A stretch of DNA of 64,000 nt from Escherichia coli (GTDB lineage: Bacteria > Pseudomonadota > Gammaproteobacteria > Enterobacterales > Enterobacteriaceae), in NCBI RefSeq assembly GCF_024700885.2, contig NZ_CP117016.1. The stretch is one strand, 5' to 3'. This document shows positions 1 through 12,349 of the stretch, one piece after another. Under the pieces are notes generated by a model. It did no database searches and was not told the DNA's origin. It saw nothing but the letters and a program-made list of their open reading frames with translations. The position numbers and the translations under genes are program-made. Within the stretch, counting starts at the first letter, position 1, and every line of letters starts with the position of its first letter.

Positions 1-809
1 ATGCGCGGCTGTTCCCGCATTACAAAGTGCGTGGCAATCTGCGCTACGGCATGTCGAAAAGTATGGTCGATCAGTTCGATAAGCTGGTGGCGCTTTTAGG
101 CATTGAACCGTTGCTTGACCGTTTACCAGGCAGCCTGTCCGGAGGCGAAAAACAGCGCGTGGCGATTGGTCGGGCTTTGCTGACAGCACCGGAATTGCTG
201 TTGCTGGATGAACCGCTGGCGTCACTGGATATTCCGCGTAAACGCGAACTGTTGCCTTATCTGCAACGGCTGACACGGGAAATCAACATTCCGATGTTGT
301 ATGTCAGCCATTCGCTGGATGAGATCCTCCATCTGGCAGACAGAGTGATGGTACTGGAAAACGGTCAGGTGAAAGCCTTTGGCGTGCTGGAGGAAGTGTG
401 GGGCAGTAGCGTGATGAATCCGTGGCTGCCGAAAGAGCAACAAAGTAGCATTCTGAAAGTGACGGTGCTTGAGCATCATCCGCATTACGCGATGACCGCG
501 CTGGCGCTGGGCGATCAGCATTTGTGGGTCAATAAGCTGGACGAACCGCTGCAAGCTGCGCTACGCATCCGCATTCAGGCTACCGATGTCTCGCTGGTTT
601 TACAACCGCCGCAGCAAACCAGCATTCGTAACGTATTGCGGGCAAAAGTTGTTAATAGTTATGACGACAACGGCCAGGTGGAAGTGGAGCTGGAAGTCGG
701 CGGTAAAACGCTGTGGGCGCGTATCAGCCCGTGGGCCAGGGATGAACTGGCGATCAAACCAGGCTTGTGGCTGTACGCGCAAATTAAAAGTGTGTCGATA
801 ACCGCCTGA
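1..809 (+). CDS. modC: Molybdate ABC transporter ATP-binding subunit (C-terminal part; 5' end outside window)
   Basis: ORF 27..809 translation has ABC signature LSGGEKQR, Walker B LLLDEP and a C-terminal Mop/TOBE-like domain; frame is open to the window start. Confidence 0.9.
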   Translation, partial: ARLFPHYKVRGNLRYGMSKSMVDQFDKLVALLGIEPLLDRLPGSLSGGEKQRVAIGRALLTAPELLLLDEPLASLDIPRKRELLPYLQRLTREINIPMLYVSHSLDEILHLADRVMVLENGQVKAFGVLEEVWGSSVMNPWLPKEQQSSILKVTVLEHHPHYAMTALALGDQHLWVNKLDEPLQAALRIRIQATDVSLVLQPPQQTSIRNVLRAKVVNSYDDNGQVEVELEVGGKTLWARISPWARDELAIKPGLWLYAQIKSVSITA

Positions 810-1628
810 TTAAATCAGGTGGCTATAAATGAACTGGGCAATGCTGTCGGTGGTGTTATCACCAATCACAATGTTGGCGCGCGCTTTTACCGCGTCATCG
901 GCGTTGCCCATCGCCACGCCTGTACCAGCGGCTTCCAGCATACTGATATCATTAAAGTTATCGCCGAATGCCACGACGTTTTCCATCGACCAACCTTGTG
1001 CCTCAACCCATTTCGTCAAACGTTTACCTTTGCTGTTGCCGCCGCGTGCAATATCAACCTGATCGTGCCAGGACCATTCACACTCCAGTCCCAGTTCATG
1101 TTCGACATGCTTACCAAAATGCTGCAATTGCGGCAGGTCATCGTGCGTCAGGGCGAACTTCCATACGGCGTTAACTTGTTGCGCCGTTTCAGCCAGAGAA
1201 GCGACTTGTGTGAAAGTCGGACGCTGTTCCGGCGGCAGGGTTTGCGCCCAGTTAGACGTGCGAATGACATGCCCGGTCGGGTGCTCATAGACCATTGCAT
1301 CATCGACATACATCAGACCGTGAATGTGGTGTTCATTCAGCATCTCAATGAGTTGCAGGGCTTTATTAACGGGCATTGGGTCCGCTTCCAGCACTGTTTT
1401 TGCATGATAATCATACAAATAGGTGCCATTACAGCAAATAGCAGGTGTATCCAGCGCCAGCGCCTGATAAAAAGGATGAATAGCGACGTGATGGCGACCT
1501 GTGACGATGATTAATTGATAGCCTGCTTCGCGAGCGCGGGCCAGGGCTTCTATCGATGATGGAAGCAAGGTCTTTTTCGGGGTCAATAAGGTGCCGTCTA
1601 AGTCGAGAGCAATCACGCGTGTGGTCAT
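810..1628 (-). CDS. ybhA: HAD-family sugar/pyridoxal phosphate phosphatase
   Basis: Minus-strand ORF 810..1730 with HAD motif ALDLDGTLL; start trimmed to ATG at 1628 (MTTRVIALDLDGTLL). Confidence 0.85.
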   Translation of the reverse strand: MTTRVIALDLDGTLLTPKKTLLPSSIEALARAREAGYQLIIVTGRHHVAIHPFYQALALDTPAICCNGTYLYDYHAKTVLEADPMPVNKALQLIEMLNEHHIHGLMYVDDAMVYEHPTGHVIRTSNWAQTLPPEQRPTFTQVASLAETAQQVNAVWKFALTHDDLPQLQHFGKHVEHELGLECEWSWHDQVDIARGGNSKGKRLTKWVEAQGWSMENVVAFGDNFNDISMLEAAGTGVAMGNADDAVKARANIVIGDNTTDSIAQFIYSHLI

Positions 1629-1746
1629 GGCGTATTCCAGATTAAGGTTAAGAATTTTCTTCTGCGCGAATGGTACACCGATACCACTATCGGACAAAAT
1701 TCTGCGTTTTAATTCAGCATTCACCGCCAAAAGCGACTAATTTTAG

Positions 1747-2778
<1,032 letters not shown>

Positions 2779-2818
2779 CCGCTGATTTACCCGGCGCAGT
2801 CTCTTCTGCGCCGGTGTA

Positions 2819-3772
2819 TTAACCTATCTCCTGTAACGCATGTCTCTGGCGTTCGACGATATTGGTCCACAAATTGTCTTTATCGTCAGTCCACAAATTA
2901 ATCAGCAAGGCAAAAAAGCGTTCAGCTGCCGGAGAAAGCACGGCATCTTTGCGGCGAATAATCCCCAATGTCCGACGTATAACCGGTTCCACCAGCGGGA
3001 TACCAATAATCGAAGAATAGGGTGCATGGGGCATTGCCAGACCAGGAAGCGCCGAAATCCCCAGTCCCGCCTCCACCAGTCCTAATGACGTCGAAAGATG
3101 ACGCACTTCGTAAAACCAGTCCAGCTTCCAGGGCTTGTCGGCCAGCTGTTGTTCTATCAACAGTCGGTTGCCGCTGGAGGAGCGTACGCCAATCATTTTG
3201 TAACCCACTAACTCCTGCCATTCTACAAGCTGCTTTTTGGCCAATGGATGGTCACGCCGACAGGCCAGCACGAACGGCTCGTTGACCAGTGGGGTAAAAT
3301 CAATGGATGAATTTGTGACGTTGTTCATGTTTATGCCAAAGTCTGATTCGTTACACAGCACCGATTCCATGCAATTATTCGTGCCTTGTTCCAGAATCCG
3401 CACTTTAATATTGGGATACAGCTCATTAAATTTACCGATTGCCAGCGGTAAAAAATAAAATACCGCGGTCGGAATACACGCTAACGTCACCATACCACGA
3501 TGATAAGCATTCATATCACGAATATTAAAAAGCGTTTCATCGAATTTCTTTATTAATTCCCGCGCCTCCGGGAGCAACCTTTTTCCTGCTTTTGTTAACG
3601 TAACCTTGCGAGTTGTACGCTCAAATAGTTGAATATGTAAATCTTCCTCCATCTTTTTTATTCTTCGCGTTAATGCAGGTTGCGTAATATTGAGTAATTT
3701 AGCGGCATTGTTAAATGAACTGGACTCTGCCAGTATGACAAATGCCTTCATACTTGATAATTCATGCTTCAT
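2819..3772 (-). CDS. ybhD: LysR-family transcriptional regulator
   Basis: Minus ORF with N-terminal HTH (AAKLLNITQPALTRRIKKMEEDL) and LysR substrate-binding domain; start set to ATG at 3772 (MKHELSS). Confidence 0.85.
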   Translation of the reverse strand: MKHELSSMKAFVILAESSSFNNAAKLLNITQPALTRRIKKMEEDLHIQLFERTTRKVTLTKAGKRLLPEARELIKKFDETLFNIRDMNAYHRGMVTLACIPTAVFYFLPLAIGKFNELYPNIKVRILEQGTNNCMESVLCNESDFGINMNNVTNSSIDFTPLVNEPFVLACRRDHPLAKKQLVEWQELVGYKMIGVRSSSGNRLLIEQQLADKPWKLDWFYEVRHLSTSLGLVEAGLGISALPGLAMPHAPYSSIIGIPLVEPVIRRTLGIIRRKDAVLSPAAERFFALLINLWTDDKDNLWTNIVERQRHALQEIG

Positions 3773-3955
3773 TATTACTCCGAAAAATGGAAGCGTCGAT
3801 TTTGGGTGGCTGGCCGTTAAAAATTTTAACTGCATTTAGCCAACTTAAATTAATGAAAAAATGTTATTAATCGTTGAGCTAAAGTCATTAGAGATGCTTT
3901 GCCCTTAATGTAACCATATCGCAATAAGTTATGTTTTTAAATTGAGGGCATTATT

Positions 3956-5008
3956 ATGAAAAAAATACCCTGCGTGATGATGCGAGGTGGAACCTCGAGG
4001 GGCGCGTTCCTGTTAGCGGAACATCTACCCGAAGATCAAACGCAGCGCGATAAAATATTGATGGCAATTATGGGTTCCGGTAACGATCTGGAAATTGACG
4101 GTATTGGCGGCGGTAATCCGCTGACCAGTAAAGTCGCCATTATTAGCCGTTCCAGCGATCCGCGTGCAGATGTCGATTATCTGTTTGCTCAAGTTATCGT
4201 CCATGAGCAACGTGTCGATACCACGCCTAACTGCGGCAATATGCTGTCTGGGGTTGGGGCATTCGCCATTGAAAATGGTTTGATTGCAGCGACTTCGCCA
4301 GTTACCCGCGTACGTATCCGCAACGTCAATACTGGTACGTTCATCGAGGCTGATGTGCAAACGCCAAATGGTGTTGTCGAGTACGAGGGTAGCGCCAGAA
4401 TTGACGGCGTACCGGGTACTGCCGCACCGGTTGCGCTCACTTTCCTGAATGCCGCCGGAACCAAAACCGGAAAAGTCTTCCCGACTGATAATCAGATTGA
4501 TTATTTTGACGATGTCCCGGTGACCTGTATCGATATGGCGATGCCAGTTGTCATTATTCCTGCTGAATATCTGGGAAAAACAGGCTATGAATCACCGGCG
4601 GAGCTGGATGCCGACAAAGCATTATTAGCCCGCATTGAATCTATCCGTCTACAAGCGGGTAAAGCAATGGGCTTAGGCGATGTCAGTAATATGGTTATCC
4701 CTAAACCTGTGCTTATTTCTCCAGCGCAGAAAGGCGGAGCAATTAATGTGCGTTATTTTATGCCGCATTCTTGCCATCGCGCGCTGGCGATAACCGGAGC
4801 TATTGCCATTTCCAGTAGTTGTGCATTGGAAGGCACCGTCACCCGACAAATCGTCCCTTCTGTAGGATACGGCAATATCAATATTGAACACCCCAGTGGT
4901 GCGCTCGACGTTCATTTAAGTAATGAAGGTCAGGATGCCACGACGTTACGCGCATCTGTTATTCGGACAACCAGAAAAATATTTTCCGGTGAAGTTTATC
5001 TTCCCTGA
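3956..5008 (+). CDS. ybhH: PrpF/AcnD-accessory-like putative isomerase
   Basis: 350-aa ORF MKKIPCVMMRGGTSRGAFL..., characteristic of the PrpF family. Confidence 0.8.
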   Translation: MKKIPCVMMRGGTSRGAFLLAEHLPEDQTQRDKILMAIMGSGNDLEIDGIGGGNPLTSKVAIISRSSDPRADVDYLFAQVIVHEQRVDTTPNCGNMLSGVGAFAIENGLIAATSPVTRVRIRNVNTGTFIEADVQTPNGVVEYEGSARIDGVPGTAAPVALTFLNAAGTKTGKVFPTDNQIDYFDDVPVTCIDMAMPVVIIPAEYLGKTGYESPAELDADKALLARIESIRLQAGKAMGLGDVSNMVIPKPVLISPAQKGGAINVRYFMPHSCHRALAITGAIAISSSCALEGTVTRQIVPSVGYGNINIEHPSGALDVHLSNEGQDATTLRASVIRTTRKIFSGEVYLP

Positions 5009-5083
5009 AAAAATTCGTTGTCAGGATAAGGACAATCAATAAAGGACTTCTGTATGAGTCATACAGAAAGAACAGGATTTTAA

Positions 5084-6517
5084 ATGAATAAGAAATCGTT
5101 ATGGAAGCTAATTCTGATATTAGCGATCCCATGTATTATTGGCTTTATGCCAGCTCCGGCAGGATTAAGCGAACTGGCGTGGGTGCTTTTTGGTATTTAC
5201 CTGGCGGCCATTGTGGGGCTGGTTATCAAGCCTTTCCCGGAACCTGTCGTACTGTTAATTGCCGTTGCTGCCTCAATGGTGGTGGTCGGTAACTTATCCG
5301 ACGGTGCGTTTAAGACCACCGCCGTATTAAGCGGTTACTCTTCAGGTACCACCTGGCTGGTGTTCTCGGCGTTTACCTTAAGCGCCGCATTTGTGACCAC
5401 CGGCTTAGGTAAACGTATAGCCTATCTGCTGATTGGTAAAATTGGTAGCACTACCCTGGGTCTGGGTTACGTTACGGTATTTCTCGATCTGGTACTGGCT
5501 CCGGCAACACCGTCTAACACCGCGCGTGCGGGCGGTATTGTGTTACCGATCATCAACAGCGTGGCGGTGGCTTTGGGGTCCGAACCGGAAAAAAGTCCGC
5601 GTCGTGTCGGACATTACCTGATGATGTCCATTTACATGGTCACCAAAACCACCAGCTATATGTTCTTTACCGCAATGGCGGGGAATATTCTGGCGCTGAA
5701 AATGATCAACGACATTCTGCACCTGCAAATTAGCTGGGGTGGATGGGCGCTGGCCGCTGGATTGCCGGGTATCATTATGCTGCTGGTCACCCCGCTGGTG
5801 ATTTACACCATGTATCCGCCAGAAATTAAGAAGGTGGATAACAAAACCATCGCCAAAGCGGGCCTTGCCGAACTGGGACCGATGAAAATCCGCGAAAAAA
5901 TGCTGCTCGGTGTCTTCGTGCTGGCGCTGCTGGGCTGGATTTTCAGTAAGTCACTGGGGGTTGATGAATCCACCGTGGCAATCGTTGTTATGGCGACTAT
6001 GCTGCTGCTGGGTATCGTTACCTGGGAAGACGTGGTTAAAAATAAAGGCGGCTGGAATACCTTAATCTGGTACGGCGGTATTATCGGCTTAAGCTCCTTA
6101 TTATCGAAAGTTAAATTCTTCGAATGGTTAGCTGAAGTCTTTAAAAATAACCTGGCATTTGATGGTCACGGTAACGTTGCTTTCTTCGTTATTATTTTCC
6201 TCAGCATTATCGTGCGTTATTTCTTCGCTTCCGGTAGTGCCTATATCGTTGCCATGTTACCAGTATTTGCCATGCTGGCGAACGTCTCCGGCGCGCCGTT
6301 AATGTTAACCGCGCTGGCACTGTTGTTCTCTAACTCCTATGGCGGCATGGTTACTCACTATGGCGGCGCGGCAGGTCCGGTCATCTTTGGCGTGGGTTAC
6401 AACGATATTAAATCCTGGTGGTTGGTCGGTGCGGTACTGACGATATTAACCTTCCTGGTGCATATCACCCTCGGCGTGTGGTGGTGGAATATGCTGATCG
6501 GCTGGAACATGCTGTAA
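5084..6517 (+). CDS. ybhI: Divalent anion:Na+ symporter (DASS)-family membrane transporter
   Basis: 477-aa highly hydrophobic multi-TM ORF; conserved gene order ybhH-ybhI-ybhJ. Confidence 0.85.
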   Translation: MNKKSLWKLILILAIPCIIGFMPAPAGLSELAWVLFGIYLAAIVGLVIKPFPEPVVLLIAVAASMVVVGNLSDGAFKTTAVLSGYSSGTTWLVFSAFTLSAAFVTTGLGKRIAYLLIGKIGSTTLGLGYVTVFLDLVLAPATPSNTARAGGIVLPIINSVAVALGSEPEKSPRRVGHYLMMSIYMVTKTTSYMFFTAMAGNILALKMINDILHLQISWGGWALAAGLPGIIMLLVTPLVIYTMYPPEIKKVDNKTIAKAGLAELGPMKIREKMLLGVFVLALLGWIFSKSLGVDESTVAIVVMATMLLLGIVTWEDVVKNKGGWNTLIWYGGIIGLSSLLSKVKFFEWLAEVFKNNLAFDGHGNVAFFVIIFLSIIVRYFFASGSAYIVAMLPVFAMLANVSGAPLMLTALALLFSNSYGGMVTHYGGAAGPVIFGVGYNDIKSWWLVGAVLTILTFLVHITLGVWWWNMLIGWNML

Positions 6518-6526
6518 ATATACTCG

Positions 6527-6650
6527 TCATACTTCAAGTTGCATGTGCTGCGTCTGCGTTCGCTCACCCCAGTCACTTACTTATGTAAGCTCCTGGGGAT
6601 TCACTCGCTTGTCGCCTTCCTGCAACTCGAATTATTTAGAGTATATCCAT
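6527..6650. repeat. ERIC (enterobacterial repetitive intergenic consensus) element
   Basis: Intergenic imperfect palindrome containing CGCTCACCCCAGTCACTTACTTATGTAAGCTCCTGGGGATTCAC, the reverse complement of the ERIC core. Confidence 0.6.
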
Positions 6651-6699
6651 TTATTATCTTTCTGCGCACTTTCCGGTGCGCAGATATCTGGAGCATTTG

Positions 6700-8961
6700 A
6701 TGATCAAGTTATCTGAAAAAAGCGTGTTTCTCGCCAGTAATAACGAAATAATTGCCGAAGAACATTTCACCGGCGAAATTAAAAAAGAAGAAGCAAAAAA
6801 AGGCACTATTGCCTGGTCTATTCTCTCTTCTCATAATACGTCCGGAAATATGGATAAACTTAAAATTAAGTTTGATTCATTAGCCTCTCACGATATTACC
6901 TTTGTTGGTATTGTACAGACCGCTAAAGCGTCCGGTATGGAACGTTTCCCGCTGCCGTATGTGCTGACCAACTGCCATAACTCACTCTGCGCCGTCGGCG
7001 GCACCATTAACGGTGATGACCATGTTTTTGGTTTATCGGCAGCGCAGCGTTATGGCGGTATTTTTGTGCCTCCGCATATTGCGGTCATCCATCAATATAT
7101 GCGTGAGATGATGGCAGGCGGCGGCAAAATGATCCTCGGGTCAGACAGCCACACCCGTTACGGTGCATTAGGGACAATGGCAGTCGGTGAGGGTGGCGGT
7201 GAGTTGGTAAAACAGCTGCTTAATGACACCTGGGATATCGACTATCCGGGCGTGGTTGCGGTGCATTTGACCGGAAAACCTGCGCCGCATGTGGGGCCAC
7301 AGGATGTGGCGCTGGCTATCATCGGTGCCGTGTTCAAAAACGGCTACGTCAAAAACAAAGTGATGGAATTCGTAGGTCCCGGTGTTGCTGCGCTCTCTAC
7401 CGATTTCCGTAACAGCGTTGACGTTATGACCACTGAAACGACCTGTTTAAGTTCTGTCTGGCAAACCGATGAAGAAGTCCATAACTGGCTGGCGCTGCAC
7501 GGTCGCGGCCAGGATTACTGCCAGCTTAACCCTCAACCGATGGCGTACTACGATGGCTGCATCAGCGTTGATTTAAGCGCCATCAAACCAATGATTGCGC
7601 TGCCGTTCCACCCGAGCAACGTATATGAAATCGACACACTGAACCAGAACCTGACCGACATTCTGCGTGAGATTGAAATTGAGTCCGAGCGCGTGGCGCA
7701 CGGTAAAGCCAAACTCTCGCTGCTGGATAAAGTCGAAAACGGTCGCCTGAAAGTGCAGCAGGGGATTATCGCGGGCTGTTCTGGCGGTAACTACGAAAAC
7801 GTCATCGCGGCGGCGAATGCACTGCGCGGTCAATCCTGTGGCAATGACACCTTCTCGCTGGCGGTTTATCCGTCATCACAGCCGGTGTTTATGGATCTCG
7901 CCAAAAAAGGTGTGGTAGCAGATTTGATTGGCGCAGGCGCAATCATCAGAACCGCGTTCTGCGGCCCATGCTTTGGCGCGGGCGATACGCCAATCAACAA
8001 CGGTTTGAGCATTCGCCACACCACGCGTAACTTCCCGAACCGCGAAGGCTCTAAGCCAGCCAATGGGCAGATGTCAGCGGTGGCGTTGATGGACGCTCGT
8101 TCTATCGCTGCGACTGCGGCAAACGGTGGCTATTTAACTTCTGCCAGCGAACTCGATTGCTGGGACAACGTGCCGGAGTACGCCTTCGATGTAACGCCGT
8201 ATAAAAACCGTGTTTATCAGGGCTTTGTGAAAGGGGCAACTCAGCAACCGCTGATTTACGGACCGAACATTAAAGACTGGCCGGAATTAGGTGCGCTGAC
8301 TGACAATATCGTCCTCAAAGTGTGCTCGAAGATCCTCGACGAAGTGACCACCACCGACGAACTGATCCCTTCCGGTGAAACCTCTTCTTATCGTTCAAAT
8401 CCGATTGGTCTGGCGGAGTTTACCCTGTCACGCCGCGATCCAGGTTATGTTGGCAGAAGTAAAGCGACTGCTGAGCTGGAAAATCAGCGTCTGGCGGGGA
8501 ATGTCAGCGAGCTGACAGAGGTGTTTGCGCGCATTAAGCAGATTGCTGGTCAGGAGCATATTGATCCGCTGCAAACTGAAATTGGCAGCATGGTCTATGC
8601 GGTGAAACCAGGCGATGGTTCTGCGCGTGAGCAGGCGGCGAGCTGCCAGCGTGTGATTGGCGGTCTGGCGAATATTGCCGAGGAGTACGCGACTAAACGC
8701 TACCGTTCTAACGTCATCAACTGGGGGATGTTACCGCTGCAAATGGCGGAAGCACCGAACTTTGACGTAGGTGATTACATTTACATCCCAGGCATTAAAG
8801 CGGCGCTGGATAATCCGGGTACGACGTTTAAAGGTTATGTGATCCATGAAGATGCGCCAGTAACAGAGATTACGCTCTATATGGAAAGTCTGACTGCTGA
8901 AGAGCGCGAGATTATCAAGGCGGGTAGTTTGATTAACTTCAATAAAAACCGTCAGATGTAA
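6700..8961 (+). CDS. ybhJ: Aconitase-family protein
   Basis: Long ORF (track 6676..8961) with aconitase-like architecture; ATG at 6700 (MIKLSEKS) chosen as start. Confidence 0.8.
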   Translation: MIKLSEKSVFLASNNEIIAEEHFTGEIKKEEAKKGTIAWSILSSHNTSGNMDKLKIKFDSLASHDITFVGIVQTAKASGMERFPLPYVLTNCHNSLCAVGGTINGDDHVFGLSAAQRYGGIFVPPHIAVIHQYMREMMAGGGKMILGSDSHTRYGALGTMAVGEGGGELVKQLLNDTWDIDYPGVVAVHLTGKPAPHVGPQDVALAIIGAVFKNGYVKNKVMEFVGPGVAALSTDFRNSVDVMTTETTCLSSVWQTDEEVHNWLALHGRGQDYCQLNPQPMAYYDGCISVDLSAIKPMIALPFHPSNVYEIDTLNQNLTDILREIEIESERVAHGKAKLSLLDKVENGRLKVQQGIIAGCSGGNYENVIAAANALRGQSCGNDTFSLAVYPSSQPVFMDLAKKGVVADLIGAGAIIRTAFCGPCFGAGDTPINNGLSIRHTTRNFPNREGSKPANGQMSAVALMDARSIAATAANGGYLTSASELDCWDNVPEYAFDVTPYKNRVYQGFVKGATQQPLIYGPNIKDWPELGALTDNIVLKVCSKILDEVTTTDELIPSGETSSYRSNPIGLAEFTLSRRDPGYVGRSKATAELENQRLAGNVSELTEVFARIKQIAGQEHIDPLQTEIGSMVYAVKPGDGSAREQAASCQRVIGGLANIAEEYATKRYRSNVINWGMLPLQMAEAPNFDVGDYIYIPGIKAALDNPGTTFKGYVIHEDAPVTEITLYMESLTAEEREIIKAGSLINFNKNRQM

Positions 8962-8965
8962 AAAA

Positions 8966-9033
8966 AGGCGCTATGAAATATAGCGCCCAGTTTCATTAAC
9001 CCGATGGTTCAGACTATCGGGTTTTCTTTTTTA
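8966..9033. terminator. Bidirectional intrinsic terminator region between convergent ybhJ and ybhC
   Basis: Two GC hairpins (GGCGCTAT..ATAGCGCC and CCCGATGG..CTATCGGG) flanked by A/T runs. Confidence 0.5.
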
Positions 9034-10314
9034 CTTCTTCGCCTCTGCAACCACTTTGCTACCCACGCCGCGGTTATTGTATTCCCACATGCGGTTGTAG
9101 TTAGTGTCATTCAGATTGCGTTGTATTTCGTCGCTATCGTCAACGCTGCCGGTGTTACCTGCGAATGGACGATTGGAAATCACCGCATCGGCCCACGGTT
9201 TCGCCGTGTTAAAACCTTCGTTGATGGCGCTATCACGGATCACCACCTGACCGTTGGTATTGGCATCAACATCCAGCGAGCGGCCCAGTTGCGCCACGCC
9301 ATCACCGGAAGCATTGAAACGGCTGTTTACGGCGAGGAAACCGTAATAGATGTTAGACAGCGTAGCCGGTGCAAACACATACGCTTCTTGCTGAGTACGT
9401 GAGTTCACCACGCGGAATTCGGTATTATCGAACACCACTGCGCCGCGACCAGAAACGATATCCACATCCCCTTCAATATAGCTGTTGGTCACCAGAGTAC
9501 GCGGCTGACGGTTGGTTTCCAGACGGTTTTGCACACCACTGTTGGTGACAAAGAAGGTATTCTGACGACCGAGAATGTTGACGTTATTGATCTGCACTTT
9601 GTCGCCATCAGTACGCAGTGCCACCGCCGGATGGTTACCCGCATCTACGCTATCGCCCAGCGTGTTTTCGATGGTCAGGTTTTGCAGTTGCAGGCCATTG
9701 TTTTGTGACCAGAAGACCGCAGAGCAGAGAACGCCGATACTGTCGCTGCGTTTGCTCTGGCAGCTATCGTACATATACCACGCTGGTTTACCTGGCATAT
9801 ATTTGCCGCGCGGGTTGACGTCATGACGCCAGTCGGCAGGGCTCATGCCCCCATCAAGGGAAAGCCCAATCTTCACATCAATCGGTTTTTCACCTGTACC
9901 GTACAGAGTAATTCCACCCGGAGCGGCAGGGACATATACCGTTCCCTGATACTCACCAGGCATCACGGCAATATACTGGCGCTTGTTGGTGCGCTTGATA
10001 ATTGCCGCATCTACCGCCGCCTGAATCGTGGTATGCGTTACACCTTGAGTACCCGCCGGGCCGACAACAAAGTCAGGTTGCGCAGGCAGGGTAATCGGGG
10101 AAGGATTCCACGCTGCCGCACCTGGTGTCAGGGATGCAAAATAGTGTTGAGCATCGAAATTCTGCGCTTCTTTTGCCGACAGAATCGGGCGAGAAGAGGT
10201 ACCAGGCGCGGTTTGATCAGAAGGACGTTGATCGGGCGGTGTTGAGCTACAGGCGGTCAGCGTCACGCCAAAAGCCAATGCCAGCGCCAGACGGGAAACT
10301 GAAAATGTGTTCAC
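9031..10314 (-). CDS. ybhC: Pectinesterase-like outer-membrane lipoprotein
   Basis: 427-aa minus ORF with signal peptide plus lipobox (LTACSS) and a pectin-methylesterase-like beta-helix. Confidence 0.85.
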   Translation of the reverse strand: MNTFSVSRLALALAFGVTLTACSSTPPDQRPSDQTAPGTSSRPILSAKEAQNFDAQHYFASLTPGAAAWNPSPITLPAQPDFVVGPAGTQGVTHTTIQAAVDAAIIKRTNKRQYIAVMPGEYQGTVYVPAAPGGITLYGTGEKPIDVKIGLSLDGGMSPADWRHDVNPRGKYMPGKPAWYMYDSCQSKRSDSIGVLCSAVFWSQNNGLQLQNLTIENTLGDSVDAGNHPAVALRTDGDKVQINNVNILGRQNTFFVTNSGVQNRLETNRQPRTLVTNSYIEGDVDIVSGRGAVVFDNTEFRVVNSRTQQEAYVFAPATLSNIYYGFLAVNSRFNASGDGVAQLGRSLDVDANTNGQVVIRDSAINEGFNTAKPWADAVISNRPFAGNTGSVDDSDEIQRNLNDTNYNRMWEYNNRGVGSKVVAEAKK

Positions 10315-10360
10315 AGGTTGCTCCGGGCTATGAAATAGAAAAATGAATCCGTTGAAGCCT

Positions 10361-10375
10361 GCTTTTTTATACTAA
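10361..10375. other. attL: attL core (GCTTTTTTATACTAA), followed by the lambda-like P' arm
   Basis: Core is followed by GTTGGCATTATAAAAAAGCATTGCTTATCAATTTGTTGCAACGAACAGGTCACTATCAGTCAAAATAAAATCATTATTTG, lambda attP P'-arm sequence. Confidence 0.9.
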
Positions 10376-10448
10376 GTTGGCATTATAAAAAAGCATTGCT
10401 TATCAATTTGTTGCAACGAACAGGTCACTATCAGTCAAAATAAAATCA

Positions 10449-11519
10449 TTATTTGATTTCAATTTTGTCCCACTCCCTGCCTCTGTCATCACGATACTGT
10501 GATGCCATGGTGTCCGACTTATGCCCGAGAAGATGTTGAGCAAACTTATCGCTTATCTGCTTCTCATAGAGTCTTGCAGACAAACTGCGCAACTCGTGAA
10601 AGGTTGGCGGATCCCCTTCGAAGGAAAGACCTGATGCTTTTCGTGCGCGCATAAAATACCTTGATACTGTGCCGGATGAAAGCGGTTCACGACGAGTAGA
10701 TGCAATTATGGTTTCTCCGCCAAGAATCTCTTTGCATTTACCAAGTGTTTCCTTCATTGATATCCCGAGAGCATCAACATGCAATGTTGTAGGGATGGCA
10801 ATTTTTACGCCTGTTTTGCTTTGCTCGACATAAAGATATCCATCTACGATATCAGACCACTTCATTTCGCATAAATCACCAACTCGCTGCCCGGTAACAA
10901 CAGCCAGTTCCATTGCAAGTCTGAGCCAACATGGTGATGATTCTGCTGCTTGATAAATTTTCAGGTATTCGTCAGCCGTAAGTCTTGATCTCCTTACCTC
11001 TGATTTTGCTGCGCGAGTGGCAGCGACCGGGTTTGTTGTTATATGGCCTTCAGCTATTGCCTCTCGGAATGCATCGCTCAGTGTTGATCTGATTAACTTG
11101 GCTGACGCCGCCTTGCCCTCGTCTATGTATCCATTGAGCATTGCCGCAATTTCTTTTGTGGTGATGTCTTCAAGTGAAACATCAGGCAGACCCCTCCTTA
11201 TTGCTTTAATTTTGCTCATGTAATTTATGAGTGTCTTCTGCTTGATTCCTCTGCTGGCGAGGATTTTTTCGTAGCGATCAAGCCATGAATGTAACGTAAC
11301 AGAATTATCACTGTTGATTCTCGCTGTCAGAGGCTTGTGTTTGTGTCCTGAAAATAACTCAATATTGGCCTGTATTGCTTCAGTAATTGCTATCCTCCTG
11401 TCTCTGCCTAATCCGAACTCTTTACCCGTCCTTGGGTCCCTGTAGCAGTAATATCCATTGTTTCTTATATAAAGGTTAGGGGGTAAATCCCGGCGCTCAT
11501 GACTTCGCCTTCTTCCCAT
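10449..11519 (-). CDS. int: Lambda-type integrase (tyrosine recombinase)
   Basis: 356-aa ORF MGRRRSHERRDLPPNLYIRNNGYYCYRDPRTGKEF..., recognised as lambda Int; adjacent to attL. Confidence 0.95.
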   Translation of the reverse strand: MGRRRSHERRDLPPNLYIRNNGYYCYRDPRTGKEFGLGRDRRIAITEAIQANIELFSGHKHKPLTARINSDNSVTLHSWLDRYEKILASRGIKQKTLINYMSKIKAIRRGLPDVSLEDITTKEIAAMLNGYIDEGKAASAKLIRSTLSDAFREAIAEGHITTNPVAATRAAKSEVRRSRLTADEYLKIYQAAESSPCWLRLAMELAVVTGQRVGDLCEMKWSDIVDGYLYVEQSKTGVKIAIPTTLHVDALGISMKETLGKCKEILGGETIIASTRREPLSSGTVSRYFMRARKASGLSFEGDPPTFHELRSLSARLYEKQISDKFAQHLLGHKSDTMASQYRDDRGREWDKIEIK

Positions 11520-11715
11520 TTCTGATCCTCTTCAAAAGGCTACCTGTTACTGGTCGATTTAAGTCAACCTTTACCGCTGATTCGTGGAACAGATACTCTC
11601 TTCCATCCTTAACCGGAGGAGGGAATATCCTGCATTCGCGCACCCATCGACGAACTGTTTCAAGGCTTCTTGGGCGTCGCTGGCGTGCGTTCCACTCCTG
11701 AAGTGTCAAGTACAT
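11497..11715 (-). CDS. xis: Excisionase
   Basis: 72-aa ORF MYLTLQEWNARQRRPRSLETVRRWVRECRIFPPP..., lambda Xis; overlaps the int start as in lambda. Confidence 0.9.
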   Translation of the reverse strand: MYLTLQEWNARQRRPRSLETVRRWVRECRIFPPPVKDGREYLFHESAVKVDLNRPVTGSLLKRIRNGKKAKS

Positions 11716-11754
11716 CGCAAAGTCTCCGCAATTACACGCAAGAAAAAGCCGCCA

Positions 11755-11922
11755 TCAGGCGGATTGGTGTTCTTTCAGTTCTTCAATTCGAATATTGGTT
11801 ACGTCTGCATGCGCTATCTGCGCCCATATCATCCAGTGGTTATAGCAGTCGTTGATGTCCTCTGCTTCGATAACCCTGTCGAATGGCTCTCCATTCCATT
11901 CACCTGTGACTCGGAAGTGCAT
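11755..11922 (-). CDS. Small hypothetical protein (~55 aa), not in ORF track
   Basis: Hand translation of the minus strand from ATG at 11922: MHFRVTGEWNGEPFDRVIEAEDINDCYNHWMIWAQIAHADVTNIRIEELKEHQSA; sits where lambda has a small orf after xis. Confidence 0.35.
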   Translation of the reverse strand: MHFRVTGEWNGEPFDRVIEAEDINDCYNHWMIWAQIAHADVTNIRIEELKEHQSA

Positions 11923-12040
11923 TTATCATCTCCATAAAACAAAACTCGCCGTAGCGAGTTCAGATAAAAGAAATCCCCGCGAGTTCGAGGATTGTTATTC
12001 ATTGCCGATATTCACCTTTATCGCGAACACCTTTACCGGT

Positions 12041-12283
12041 TTATCTCCTTTGCATAGCACGTAATTTTTTCAGATGGTTCTCCTGTTCTGTTTCAGCCAG
12101 GATCTGGTGATATTCTCTGTGATCAATGTGTTCGAATAAATTATTGAATTTTCTGATGCACACTCTTCCAGGATAGCCATCCATCCTCTTGAAGAATACT
12201 GAGTGATCAGTACTACGAATGATTTTTACTGGATAGCCAGCGCTATCGGTGTATATCTGACCACGTTGAATCAGAGAGAACAT
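12041..12283 (-). CDS. Hypothetical early-left protein (80 aa)
   Basis: ORF in the leftward early operon; no recognised domain. Confidence 0.5.
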   Translation of the reverse strand: MFSLIQRGQIYTDSAGYPVKIIRSTDHSVFFKRMDGYPGRVCIRKFNNLFEHIDHREYHQILAETEQENHLKKLRAMQRR

Positions 12284-12349
12284 TCGTTTATCCCCAGATA
12301 AAAATATAGCAATACCAATTACATAAAATACTTCAGGCCAAGCATCATT

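Noticed and set aside
222-1514. Antisense or alternative-frame ORFs inside modC and ybhA (e.g. 222..554, 586..801, 819..1514)
   Set aside because: They fully overlap well-supported host genes on the opposite strand or in another frame and have no recognisable features; typical shadow ORFs of GC-rich coding DNA. The same applies to most short overlapping ORFs throughout the window.
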